A stretch of 64,000 nucleotides of DNA. It comes from Candidatus Pacearchaeota archaeon CG10_big_fil_rev_8_21_14_0_10_34_76 (GTDB lineage: Archaea; Nanobdellota; Nanobdellia; Pacearchaeales; GW2011-AR1). Shown in pieces: positions 8,967-18,191 of this stretch. Where the stretch lies: contig PFDB01000017.1 in the NCBI GenBank assembly GCA_002763075.1, positions 19,745 to 83,744 of the forward strand, given 5' to 3'. Position numbers and translations under genes: made by a program. How positions within the stretch are numbered: position 1 is the first letter of the stretch; every line of letters begins with the position of its first letter. The notes beneath the pieces were generated by a model. The model searched no databases, was not told the DNA's origin, and saw only the letters and a program-made list of their open reading frames with translations.

Positions 8967-9389
8967 ATGGGATTAAATAATGCAAGAAAACTTCAGAAGA
9001 ATAGAAAGAAGTTTAGATGGAGCAATAAGCCTTACAAGGTGAGAATTCTTAAGCTTAGAGAGAAGTCTGATCCGTTCGGAAGATCTTGGCAGGCTAAAGG
9101 AATTGTTATAGAAAAATTTCAAAAAGAAGCAAAACAGCCAAACTCTGCTATGAGAAAATGTTGCAAGGTGCAGCTTATAAAAAATGGTATTCAAGTAGGA
9201 GCATTCATTCCAAGAAATCTTGCGCAGAAATTTGTTGATGAACATGATGAAGTCATTATTGAAAGAATTGGTGGAAAAATGGGACGTTCCAAGGGAGATA
9301 TTCCTGGAATTAGATACCAAGTAATAAAAGTTAATGACCAACCATTACATTTACTAGTTAAAGGAAAGATAGAGAAGGGAAGAAGATAA
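8967..9389 (+). CDS. rps12: 30S ribosomal protein S12 (uS12)
   Basis: 140 aa with [19 protein letters not shown]...GVAFIP-like core and the [11 protein letters not shown] motif. Confidence 0.9.
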   Translation: MGLNNARKLQKNRKKFRWSNKPYKVRILKLREKSDPFGRSWQAKGIVIEKFQKEAKQPNSAMRKCCKVQLIKNGIQVGAFIPRNLAQKFVDEHDEVIIERIGGKMGRSKGDIPGIRYQVIKVNDQPLHLLVKGKIEKGRR

Positions 9390-9982
9390 TGAAACTAAAA
9401 ATATTTGGAATGTATGATGTTGAAGAGATTCAAGTGAGTGATGTTGCATTGAAGCCATATATCAATATTGATGACAGACTTCTTGTGAAATCTCATGGAA
9501 GAAATCTTGGAAAGTTTACAAGTGCAAGAGTCAATATCCTGGAGAGGCTTGCTAACCGAATCTCTGTTCCAGGACATGTAGGAAAGAAGCACAGGATAAT
9601 TACAAGCTGGGCTTCAGGAAAATACAATACTAATATGAAAACAGTTGTTGAAGTGCTTAAGATCATTGAGAACAAGAAAAAAGACAATCCATTGCAAATT
9701 CTTGTGAAAGCTATTGAATCCTGTTCTCCAAGAGATGAGATTACTACAATTGAATATGGTGGAGCAAGATACCCTCAGGCTGTGGACGTTTCCCCTTCAA
9801 GAAGAGTTAATCTTGCAATAAGATGGCTTGTGCAGGGAGCATACCAAAAATCGTTTGGTAAGAAAAGAAAGATGGCTGAAACTCTTGCTAATGAGATAAT
9901 ACTAGCCTCTGAAGGAAATATGGAGAGCTATGCTATGCAGAAAAAAAATGAATCTGAGAAGCAAGCAGATGCAGCAAGATAA
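9389..9982 (+). CDS. rps7: 30S ribosomal protein S7 (uS7)
   Basis: 197 aa ending in the typical archaeal S7 pattern (RRVNLAIRWLVQGA, ...KKNESEKQADAAR). Its start overlaps the S12 stop. Confidence 0.9.
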   Translation: MKLKIFGMYDVEEIQVSDVALKPYINIDDRLLVKSHGRNLGKFTSARVNILERLANRISVPGHVGKKHRIITSWASGKYNTNMKTVVEVLKIIENKKKDNPLQILVKAIESCSPRDEITTIEYGGARYPQAVDVSPSRRVNLAIRWLVQGAYQKSFGKKRKMAETLANEIILASEGNMESYAMQKKNESEKQADAAR

Positions 9983-10091
9983 TTCTCAAAAAAACAAATT
10001 TTCATTTCATAAACCATTTTTTTTAATTTCTTAGGCAAATCTTTTTAAACCTAAGTTGTTATCAGCTTTTACTTTCACAATTTAAGATAAA

Positions 10092-12266
10092 ATGGCAACA
10101 GACGACAAAACAGAAAAAGTAAAGAAACTTATGACTCAACCTGAAAAAATTAGGAATATAGCTATAGCTGCGCATATTGACCATGGGAAAACAACATTCT
10201 CAGACAATCTTCTTGCAGGAGCTGGAATGATGTCAGAGGAACTTGCAGGAAAAGCAAGAGTACTTGATTTCCATGCAGATGAAATGGCAAGAGGAATAAC
10301 AATTGATTCTGCAAGTGTTAGTATGGTTCATACTACTGACGGTGAAGATCACCTTATCAATCTTATTGATACTCCTGGGCATGTTGATTTCGGTGGAGAT
10401 GTCACGAGGGCGATGAGGGCTGTTGATGGATGCATTGTTTTGGTATGTGCTTCTGAAGGAATTATGCCCCAGACAGAAACTGTTTTAAGACAAGCTCTTA
10501 AGGAAAGAGTTAGACCTGTTTTGTTCATAAATAAAGTTGATAGATTAATCAAAGAAGTAAAGTTAACTCCTGAAGAGATGCAGAAAAGATTTATCAATGT
10601 CATCGGTAAAGTGAATGATCTTATTGAAAAAATAGCAGAACCTGAATTTAAGGAAAAATTTAAGGTTAATGTTCAGGATGGAAGTGTCGCATTTGGAAGC
10701 GCTTACCATAAGTGGGCATTGTCTGTCCCATATATGCAGAAAAAGGGGTTAACATTCAAGAATATAATTGATGCTTATAATGATGGAGAAGATTCTTATA
10801 AAGCACTTTCCAAAAAAGCTCCATTGCATGAAGTTGTCCTGAATATGGTTAACAGACATCATCCCAATCCTACAGATGCTCAGGCATATAGAATTCCAAA
10901 AATCTGGCATGGGGATTCTGAAAGCGAAGTTGGGAAAGATTTAACTTCTTGCAATCCAGATGGAGAACCTGCATTTGTATGCACTAAGATTGTGGTAGAT
11001 AAAAATGCTGGAGAAATAGCTACGGGAAGACTTTTTTCAGGAACATTGAGGCCTGGAGATGCAGTCTATATGAATCTTGCTAAAAGAAAGTTAAACCTAC
11101 AACAAGTGTCTATCTATAAAGGTGCTCAAAGAATACAAGTTGATAAGGTTGTAGCAGGCAATATTGTTGGTCTTGTTGGATTGAAAGGTGTTTTTGCTGG
11201 TGAGACAGTCAGCACTAAACAGATTGAACCTTTTGAGGCAATCAAACATATTTTTGAACCAGTTGTTACAAAGAGCATTGAAGCTACCAAAGCAGCTGAC
11301 CTTCCAAAACTTGTGGAGATATTGAGACAAGTGGGAAAGGAAGATCCTAGCATTCAGATTGAAATAAATGAGGAGACTGGAGAAAATCTTATTTCTGGAA
11401 TGGGAGAACTACATTTAGAAATAATTGAAAATAGAATCAAAACAGAAAAGGGCCTTAATGTAAAAACTGGTGCACCTATTGTTGTGTATAGAGAAACCGT
11501 TTCTAAAGAAAGCCCAATTATGGAAGCAAGAACTCCTAATGGACACAATGTATTTCAATTTAGTATTGAATCTTTGGAAGATGAAGTTCATAAGAAGATA
11601 ATTTCAGAAGAAATCCCAGAAGGAAGAATGAAGAAGAAATCTGAAGAAATCTGGAAGAAGCTTGAAGAAGGAGGAATGAGCTCTGATGAGGCAAGACAAG
11701 TAAGAGAAATATATAAAGGAAATATATTCGAGGATAGAACAAGAGGTATTGTGCTTCTTGGTGAAATTATAGATTCAATAATGGATGGATGGAAACTTGT
11801 TATTGATGGAGGTCCACTTGCAAAAGAACCTATGATGAAGACAAAGTTTATAATTCATGATGCAAAAATTCATACAGATCATATGCATAGGGGTCCTGCT
11901 CAGATATATCCTTCTGTAAGAAAAGGAATGTTTGAGACAATGCAAAAAGCGGGGGCTTCGTTGCTTGAACCTATACAAACACACCTTGTGGAAGCACCAG
12001 TAGACTTCATGGGGGCAATAACTGCACTAATATCTACAAAGAGAGGGGTTCTTGAAGATGTGCAACAGGATGAGGCTGGAATAAGCATAACTGCAAAGAT
12101 GCCTGTAAGTGAAATGATTGGATGGAGTAATGATCTGAGAAGCAGGACGGAAGGAAGAGGAGTTTCTAGCTTAATTGACCAGAATTATCAAAAACTTCCT
12201 GGAGAGCTACAAGAGAATGCAATCAGAAAAATCAGAGAAAGAAAGGGATTGAAAGAAAACCAGTAA
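10092..12266 (+). CDS. fusA: translation elongation factor 2 (aEF-2)
   Basis: 724 aa with GTPase motifs AHIDHGKTT, DTPGHVDF and NKVDR. EF-2 domain IV carries the HxDxxHRG diphthamide-site motif (HTDHMHRGPAQ). Confidence 0.95.
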   Translation: MATDDKTEKVKKLMTQPEKIRNIAIAAHIDHGKTTFSDNLLAGAGMMSEELAGKARVLDFHADEMARGITIDSASVSMVHTTDGEDHLINLIDTPGHVDFGGDVTRAMRAVDGCIVLVCASEGIMPQTETVLRQALKERVRPVLFINKVDRLIKEVKLTPEEMQKRFINVIGKVNDLIEKIAEPEFKEKFKVNVQDGSVAFGSAYHKWALSVPYMQKKGLTFKNIIDAYNDGEDSYKALSKKAPLHEVVLNMVNRHHPNPTDAQAYRIPKIWHGDSESEVGKDLTSCNPDGEPAFVCTKIVVDKNAGEIATGRLFSGTLRPGDAVYMNLAKRKLNLQQVSIYKGAQRIQVDKVVAGNIVGLVGLKGVFAGETVSTKQIEPFEAIKHIFEPVVTKSIEATKAADLPKLVEILRQVGKEDPSIQIEINEETGENLISGMGELHLEIIENRIKTEKGLNVKTGAPIVVYRETVSKESPIMEARTPNGHNVFQFSIESLEDEVHKKIISEEIPEGRMKKKSEEIWKKLEEGGMSSDEARQVREIYKGNIFEDRTRGIVLLGEIIDSIMDGWKLVIDGGPLAKEPMMKTKFIIHDAKIHTDHMHRGPAQIYPSVRKGMFETMQKAGASLLEPIQTHLVEAPVDFMGAITALISTKRGVLEDVQQDEAGISITAKMPVSEMIGWSNDLRSRTEGRGVSSLIDQNYQKLPGELQENAIRKIRERKGLKENQ

Positions 12267-12396
12267 GTTTATGATTCACAATGGATTATCAACATTGATG
12301 AAAAATGTACCTGTTTAATTTTTTGAGGATTCTTTGATGGCAAATAGAATCCTAGACTAAGAATCTTTTTAAACGGTTAAGTTTATCCTTGATAAA

Positions 12397-12741
12397 ATGG
12401 GAATAAAACCAAATAGAAGAACATATAGAGGGAAAACAGGTATTAAAGAACTGAGAAAAATTTCACCTTTGATTGGCAAAGCTACGGAATTTGTTTTGAA
12501 GGCAGAAGCATATAAGGGAATAGATTCTCGCAGATTTTTATCATGTATGGATGAGGCAATGCAGTTAAACTGGAGAATAGGACGAGAGGATTTGGCAGAT
12601 GCGAATGCTAAAGCAATATTAAAAGTAAACCCAGATTATTCTCCGAAACATAGACCTGGCATTCAATCTCATCAATACGACGAATTATTATCCTTTTTTT
12701 ATAGGATTGCTGAAAGAGAACTACAAATTAATCAATATTAA
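12397..12741 (+). CDS. hypothetical protein
   Basis: 114 aa ORF with a TATA-like CTTTTTAAAC box upstream. I recognise no family. Confidence 0.4.
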   Translation: MGIKPNRRTYRGKTGIKELRKISPLIGKATEFVLKAEAYKGIDSRRFLSCMDEAMQLNWRIGREDLADANAKAILKVNPDYSPKHRPGIQSHQYDELLSFFYRIAERELQINQY

Positions 12742-12831
12742 TTAAAATTAAATAAATGAATGGATACTTGATTTTTGAGAAAGATTTATTAATATTAAAT
12801 AACTTTAATTAATATTGAAAAGAGGTTGTAG

Positions 12832-13053
12832 ATGGGAATAAAAACATTTAGCATTGATAATGAGACTTATGAAAGATTTAGAGAGTTCTGCAAAAAAGAG
12901 GGATATAGCATGAGCAAGAAAGTTGAGAATTTTATGAAAGGTGAAATGGAGAAGTTGCGCTCTGCAAAATCAGGAAAAAATCTGCAAGGGTTAAAATCAT
13001 TTAGTAGCGAAAAGAAAGCAGCAACAGAACATAGTTTCAGCAGATATTGTTAA
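12832..13053 (+). CDS. small ribbon-helix-helix (CopG/Arc-like) DNA-binding protein, putative
   Basis: 73 aa. The N-terminal strand-helix-helix pattern KTFSIDNETYERFREFCKKEGYSMSKKVENFMK resembles RHH regulators and antitoxins. Confidence 0.45.
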   Translation: MGIKTFSIDNETYERFREFCKKEGYSMSKKVENFMKGEMEKLRSAKSGKNLQGLKSFSSEKKAATEHSFSRYC

Positions 13054-13298
13054 GTTTTCAAACTTGTGAGAGTTGAAAAATAATTATTTTGTCTGTTTGA
13101 TTTTTCTTCCTTGTAATCTATTTCCTGAAGAAAAAATCGAAATTCTGGGCTTCTCGTTATAATTGAAGAAGGTAAGGAAATTCTATACGTGTCGTCGTTT
13201 TTGTGTGTTTCCGTGTAAGAATTGTTGGCAAAATTGATTCCAGCTAAACCTATAAGAGTAAATGAAATGAAATTTTGTTGTCTCGAAGATCGTCGCAT
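13050..13298 (-). CDS. hypothetical small protein with a signal-peptide-like N-terminus
   Basis: 82 aa. MRRSSRQQNFISFTLIGLAGINFA looks like a basic n-region, a hydrophobic core and Ala. It lies 36 nt downstream of the five-gene operon on the same strand. Coding status is uncertain. Confidence 0.3.
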   Translation of the reverse strand: MRRSSRQQNFISFTLIGLAGINFANNSYTETHKNDDTYRISLPSSIITRSPEFRFFLQEIDYKEEKSNRQNNYFSTLTSLKT

Positions 13299-13334
13299 CT
13301 TAATGTGTTAGGAAAATGGTTTTTAAATATGTTA

Positions 13335-13739
13335 CTAAAACCTATTGTGTTTTTCATACAATTCTCTAACTATTGTTCTAACATTATGCCAAGAATCAGG
13401 TGCTAATTCAAAACAATAAACATCAAATCTGCGAGAAGGGATTTGGTTTAAAGACATTCTGTCATTTATACTCTTGCTTAAATCTGTAGAATCAATATCT
13501 CTAAAAAAATAATTGTCCACTAAATGTAGAACACGTACAGGCCACTCATCAAGCAAACAAACCTCCTTAGGCCGTACATAAAGTAATGGTTTTCCTGCAC
13601 CAACTTGATGCAGGGGAAGTAAGTCAATGCAAGTATAATGATCCCATCTAAATGCTGTCTTTATCTTCGGAGGAATTTCAGATCTTTCTGGCTGAATAAT
13701 TGGAGGTTCTAATACATTAGGTTTTATTTGTGTTGGCAT
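13335..13739 (-). CDS. hypothetical protein (operon gene 5)
   Basis: 134 aa with no recognisable motif. Its start abuts the stop of the upstream gene (13739/13740). Confidence 0.55.
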   Translation of the reverse strand: MPTQIKPNVLEPPIIQPERSEIPPKIKTAFRWDHYTCIDLLPLHQVGAGKPLLYVRPKEVCLLDEWPVRVLHLVDNYFFRDIDSTDLSKSINDRMSLNQIPSRRFDVYCFELAPDSWHNVRTIVRELYEKHNRF

Positions 13740-14348
13740 TTATGTAACACCTCTATAATGAGCATTCATGGCTTGATCCCATTCTGAAAGCTTTTGTTCA
13801 ATTTCTTTTATTCTTTTGTTGCATCTGGTTATATCTTTTGGCCTTTGCTGAATTTCGTATAGCATTTGTTTTCCATCTATACCTTCATCTGCGCGATTTT
13901 GATAATGGCTCCAATTTTTATAACTTTCCAACCTATCTCTCTCTTTCTGAAGACCTTTTTGTAAATCTTCATACCATGCTTGTTCTAATTTTTGAGCGCT
14001 AGAAGGATCAAATGCCCTTAAACAGTTATCATCAATACCTCCAAGACGATTATCCAAACATATAAGGCCATATTGTGGAGGCAAGCCAATATCAAAACTA
14101 GATAAAAATATTTCTGCAACACATCCTTGATAAAAAGGCGTAGTTGCTGTTAAAGCAAGAAAGGCAGTTAGTTGCTGCTCTAATACGCTTGGCTCTTTTC
14201 CTCTTTTTGTTTGCACACCTGAGACCATTATGTCAATAAACGTACTATATCCTTCTCTTACTATATTCCCTCTTCTTTCTTTCATTATTTCAATAAGGTT
14301 GTCCCGTTCTGTAATGATTCTGCCCTTTTGCTCCGGAGGTATTGTCAT
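13740..14348 (-). CDS. hypothetical protein with a coiled-coil-like C-terminal half (operon gene 4)
   Basis: 202 aa. The C-terminus is rich in heptad-like charged helices (QKLEQAWYEDLQKGLQKERDRLESYKN...KRIKEIEQKLSEWDQ). A 4-nt start/stop overlap links it to the upstream gene. Confidence 0.55.
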   Translation of the reverse strand: MTIPPEQKGRIITERDNLIEIMKERRGNIVREGYSTFIDIMVSGVQTKRGKEPSVLEQQLTAFLALTATTPFYQGCVAEIFLSSFDIGLPPQYGLICLDNRLGGIDDNCLRAFDPSSAQKLEQAWYEDLQKGLQKERDRLESYKNWSHYQNRADEGIDGKQMLYEIQQRPKDITRCNKRIKEIEQKLSEWDQAMNAHYRGVT

Positions 14349-14944
14349 TTTATTTCTCCCGGTTTTTCATTTACACCAAATTGACCTCTAACTAAATCGT
14401 AAGTCATCTTTTGGGGTGTTCCAAGAAGGGGGGCTACAAATGTTAGAAAAGCTGCAGCGTCTTTTAATTTGCCCCAATCGATTTGCCTGAAGGACTCAAT
14501 CGTAGGAGTAAGATCTAAATCTCTGACGCTTTCTATTGCCCCTTCTAACATGGACCCTCCCATCAAATATAAAGCATATAATGGAGTCTGTCCGGTTGCA
14601 AAAGCAGCCACATCTGCACAATATTTTCTAACCACCTTGCCTTTTTCTGTTGCCCCAACAAGATTTCTTACCCAATCATTATAGATTCCGTAGGGTCTGC
14701 CTGTGAGAGAGTTGCCAATAGCAGCTGCTCCTCTAGTAGCCCATGCTTCCGACCAATCTAGTCCAGCTGCATATCTCTCATTTAATATGTATATTAAGGA
14801 GAAAAGATTCATCGCTATTCCATCTACACCAAACTTGTAAACTGAATTATTCGTCAATACCCCTGTCGCTTTTTCTCCCATAACCCCCTCTAAACCATTT
14901 ATTATTCTGAATTTCCTTGGATATTTTTCTGATTCTTCTGTCAT
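14345..14944 (-). CDS. membrane protein resembling the L-alanine exporter AlaE family (tentative)
   Basis: 199 aa. GRPYGIYNDWVRN...CADVAAFATGQTPLYALYLMGG resembles, from memory, the E. coli AlaE core (WPYGMYRD...LADILAYVTFQSPVYVAILL). It has several hydrophobic segments. Not verified by any search. Confidence 0.4.
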   Translation of the reverse strand: MTEESEKYPRKFRIINGLEGVMGEKATGVLTNNSVYKFGVDGIAMNLFSLIYILNERYAAGLDWSEAWATRGAAAIGNSLTGRPYGIYNDWVRNLVGATEKGKVVRKYCADVAAFATGQTPLYALYLMGGSMLEGAIESVRDLDLTPTIESFRQIDWGKLKDAAAFLTFVAPLLGTPQKMTYDLVRGQFGVNEKPGEIK

Positions 14945-15142
14945 TTAACCTCCGCATCTCCTGTTACCAGATTTATAATCGCGTTCGATTCTCTTCGCTA
15001 CATATTCACTGCTTGCTCGTGGATTATTTTCTACTGCTCTTCTTATAGCTTCATCAGATACTCTTCGATGCCCCTTCCTGTCAAGTTCTTGCCCGACCAA
15101 GATTTCTCTTGTACGCTTCCAATGATCTACTCCTCCCCCCAT
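14945..15142 (-). CDS. small basic hypothetical protein ending in Cys-Gly-Gly (operon gene 2)
   Basis: 65 aa, Arg/Lys-rich and predicted helical by eye. It is abutted on both sides by neighbouring genes, with a 1-nt overlap at 15142. Confidence 0.4.
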   Translation of the reverse strand: MGGGVDHWKRTREILVGQELDRKGHRRVSDEAIRRAVENNPRASSEYVAKRIERDYKSGNRRCGG

Positions 15143-15528
15143 TATCTTGAAACCTCCTGGGAAATGACTAAGTTCTCCAATTCATTCAAGGCTGCCAAAC
15201 TTACAGACTTCGTTTTTTCAGATAACTTGCGTTCATAGGCTCCCGCGATCTTATTGTAGAATAGTTCTAATTGATTATGGGACATTTCATGCCATCCGAA
15301 TAGCCATTTGCTATCCTTAAACAATGCAATTCGGTAACTTGGCACACCGCTCCCGCGACAAGTATCATCTGCGATTAGATTATATCCTCCTCCAAAATCG
15401 ATTCTATAAGAATTATGTCTAATGGGATTATGAGTTTGACATTCCCATTTATCAATTGGAACTATCTCAGCAAGTTCATTAAGTCTTTGCAAAGTTATAT
15501 TATCTTCTGCCTTATTTTCTTCTTTCAT
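15142..15528 (-). CDS. hypothetical protein (operon gene 1)
   Basis: 128 aa with no recognisable family. It is the first gene of the minus-strand operon, divergent from the Lrp-type regulator. Confidence 0.55.
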   Translation of the reverse strand: MKEENKAEDNITLQRLNELAEIVPIDKWECQTHNPIRHNSYRIDFGGGYNLIADDTCRGSGVPSYRIALFKDSKWLFGWHEMSHNQLELFYNKIAGAYERKLSEKTKSVSLAALNELENLVISQEVSR

Positions 15529-15621
15529 ATTAGAGTACCGGTAATCAAATAAATAAAAATTATGCTGAGAAATTTTAATAAAAATGGTTAAATTTAAATA
15601 TTTATAGATAATAGTTAAAAT

Positions 15622-16590
15622 ATGACTGAGAAATTAGATCTTTATGATAAAAAACTTCTTTATGAGTTAGATAAAGATTCCTCGCAAAGTGTGACTGCCT
15701 TGGCAAAGAAATTGCGAAGATCAAAGCAATTTATTCTCTATAGGATGAAGAAATTGGAGGAATCTGGAATAATAACTGGATATCATGCTATAATTGATAT
15801 GTCAAAGCTTGGATATTTTACATTTAGAGTTTATTTTAAGTTCCAGCAGACAACACAATCAGAAGGCGAAGAATTTGTTCAACATGTGCGTGAGAGACTG
15901 AAGCAGGTCTGGACAATAACCTCCATGCATGGAAAATGGGATTATGCGTTATTTCTTGGAGTTAGAACAATCGAGGAATTCCATAAAATCTGGGATGATA
16001 TCATGCTTCAGCATAAAGAAAAGATAAAATCATATAATGTTGCAGTCTATGCGCCAGTATATAATTTCAATAGAAAATTTTTTCTTGATAGGGTTGCTAC
16101 TGGTGAAAGCATCGAAAGAATATACGGGTCTGGAGAGAAAGAAAATATTGATGAAAAAGAACTAAGATTGATCGAGGCTTACGCAAATAATGTGCGCTTA
16201 TCCTCATTAGAACTATCTAGTAAGGCCAAGATGTCTCCCGAAACAATAAGGAAGAAGATAAAAGAACTTCAGAAAAGGAAAGTTATTGTAGGATATAAAA
16301 TAGGGTTGAATCTTGAGAAGATAGGCTATGTTTCTTACAGGGTTGATTTGCATCTTATTTCTACAAAGAAAAACAAGGAATTATTTGAGTTCTGCAGACA
16401 TCATAAGAATATCTATCAGGTAAACAAAAGTATTGGCGGAGCAGATTTTGAAATAGAGGCGGTTGTGAAAGATTTTCTGCATTTGATAGAGCTAATAAAT
16501 GAGATAAAAAACAAATTCAAAGATGTTGTCAATGATATTGATTACTTTGGGTTCTCAACGTTCCATATATTGCAATTCATTCCGGATTAA
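15622..16590 (+). CDS. Lrp/AsnC-family transcriptional regulator with two tandem HTH plus effector-domain units
   Basis: 322 aa. Two internal copies of the Lrp/AsnC pattern occur: LDLYDKKLLYELDKDSSQSVTALAKKLRRSKQFILYRMKKLEESGIITGY and IDEKELRLIEAYANNVRLSSLELSSKAKMSPETIRKKIKELQKRKVIVGY. Each is followed by an RAM-like beta-alpha segment. Confidence 0.75.
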   Translation: MTEKLDLYDKKLLYELDKDSSQSVTALAKKLRRSKQFILYRMKKLEESGIITGYHAIIDMSKLGYFTFRVYFKFQQTTQSEGEEFVQHVRERLKQVWTITSMHGKWDYALFLGVRTIEEFHKIWDDIMLQHKEKIKSYNVAVYAPVYNFNRKFFLDRVATGESIERIYGSGEKENIDEKELRLIEAYANNVRLSSLELSSKAKMSPETIRKKIKELQKRKVIVGYKIGLNLEKIGYVSYRVDLHLISTKKNKELFEFCRHHKNIYQVNKSIGGADFEIEAVVKDFLHLIELINEIKNKFKDVVNDIDYFGFSTFHILQFIPD

Positions 16591-16775
16591 TCATCTATTT
16601 ATCGAGTAGCCTATAGGAAAATAATGCTATTTTGGCATGAAAAAAATATTGAAAATTAGAAAATATTGCATGTTATAAAAAAATAAATTAGACTGCAAGA
16701 AATTTTTTCGTCGATAAAAAACAAATTGAAATATGAAGAATATTTTTCGTCTGTATAAATTTTTTGAACGAAAAG

Positions 16776-16794
16776 TTTAAAAACCTTAAAAATT
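16776..16794 (+). promoter_or_regulatory. TATA-box-like A/T elements upstream of EF-1alpha
   Basis: GTTTAAAAACCTTAAAAATT lies 25-40 nt upstream of the ATG at 16818. Confidence 0.35.
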
Positions 16795-16817
16795 ACACAC
16801 ATTTACTAAACATAAAA

Positions 16818-18098
16818 ATGGCAAGAGAAAAACCAATAATCAATGTTGCTTTTGTAGGTCATGTTGACCATGGAAAATCCACAACTATAGGTAGGCTTAT
16901 GTTTGATTCTGGATCATTGCCTGCTCAAGCTTTAGAGAAACTTAAGATTTTAGCACAAGAGCATGGAAAGGTTGGATTTGAATTTGCATATGTTATGGAT
17001 AAATTTAAGGAAGAGAGAGAAAGAGGAGTTACAATTGATCTTTCATACCAGAAAGTTATTACACCTAAGAGAGAAGTTACTATCATTGATGCTCCTGGAC
17101 ACAAAGATTTTGTAAAAAACATGATTACTGGAGCTTCACAGGCAGATGCTGCTTTCTTAACAGTTGCTGCTAAGGAAGGTGTACAGCCACAGACAAAAGA
17201 GCATGCATGGCTTTTGAGGACGATGGGTGTTAAGAATATTTGTGTTTTGATAAATAAGATGGATACTGTTGATTATAAGGAAGATGCGTATAACAAGGTA
17301 AAGGAAGATGTTTCAGCAGTTATCAAGCAAGCAAGATATAATCCTGCTGAAGTCACATTCATAGCTGCATCTGGTTTTAAGGGAGATAATGTTTACAATA
17401 AATCAACCAATATGCCCTGGTATAAAGGACCAACTGTATTTGAACAGCTTGATTTGTTCCCAGAGCCAGAAAAGCCAAATAATCTCCCATTAAGAATGCC
17501 ATTGCAAGATGTTTATGATATCACAGGTATTGGAACTGTTCCTGTTGGAAAGATTGAGACTGGAGTAATGAAAATTGGACAGAAAGTTATTGTATTGCCT
17601 GGAAGATCTGGAACAGGTGTAAGTGGAGAAGTAAGAACTATTGAGATGCATCATGAACAGATGCAAAATGCTGAATCTGGAGACAATGTTGGAATTAATA
17701 TTCGTGGTGTTGGAAAGAAAGATGTTGCAAGAGGAGATGTAGTCTGTGATGCAGCAAGTCCAGCAACAATTGCTGAAGAATTTGTGGCACAAATTGCAGT
17801 TATCTCACACCCAACAGTTATTGCAAAAGGATATACCCCAGTATTCCATGTTCATACTGCGCAGGTGCCATGTCAATTTATTGAACTTATAGAGAAAACA
17901 GGACCTGATGGAGTGAAAGCTGACAAGCCAGATTTCTTGAAGAACGGAGATGTTGCTAAAGTAAGATTGAAACCTATAGGAAACTTGGTTTTGGAAACAC
18001 AAGCAGCTAATCCACATATGTCTGGGTTTGCAATCAGGGATGCTGGAGCGACAGTTGCTGCAGGTGTATGTATTGAGATAACTCCTAAGAAGCTTTAA
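16818..18098 (+). CDS. tuf: translation elongation factor 1-alpha (aEF-1alpha)
   Basis: GTPase motifs [17 protein letters not shown] and NKMD with the EF-1alpha domain II/III pattern. I place the start at the ATG ([15 protein letters not shown]), not the TTG at 16764 used in the ORF track. Confidence 0.95.
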   Translation: MAREKPIINVAFVGHVDHGKSTTIGRLMFDSGSLPAQALEKLKILAQEHGKVGFEFAYVMDKFKEERERGVTIDLSYQKVITPKREVTIIDAPGHKDFVKNMITGASQADAAFLTVAAKEGVQPQTKEHAWLLRTMGVKNICVLINKMDTVDYKEDAYNKVKEDVSAVIKQARYNPAEVTFIAASGFKGDNVYNKSTNMPWYKGPTVFEQLDLFPEPEKPNNLPLRMPLQDVYDITGIGTVPVGKIETGVMKIGQKVIVLPGRSGTGVSGEVRTIEMHHEQMQNAESGDNVGINIRGVGKKDVARGDVVCDAASPATIAEEFVAQIAVISHPTVIAKGYTPVFHVHTAQVPCQFIELIEKTGPDGVKADKPDFLKNGDVAKVRLKPIGNLVLETQAANPHMSGFAIRDAGATVAAGVCIEITPKKL

Positions 18099-18191
18099 TT
18101 TCTTCTATTGTCGTTTTCTAAAGATAAAGATATTTAAACTTAGATTATTGGGTTTTTCTAATGACTTATCAAACTGCTGAAAGAGTTATTG

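Noticed and set aside
16764-16817. N-terminal extensions in the ORF track that begin at TTG/GTG codons: EF-1alpha 16764, TFS 57021, zwf 37961, csp 42242, 32391 and 55782-56261.
   Set aside because: In each case a downstream ATG gives the family-typical N-terminus. A TATA-like box also falls inside or just upstream of the supposed extension, so the shorter models were used.
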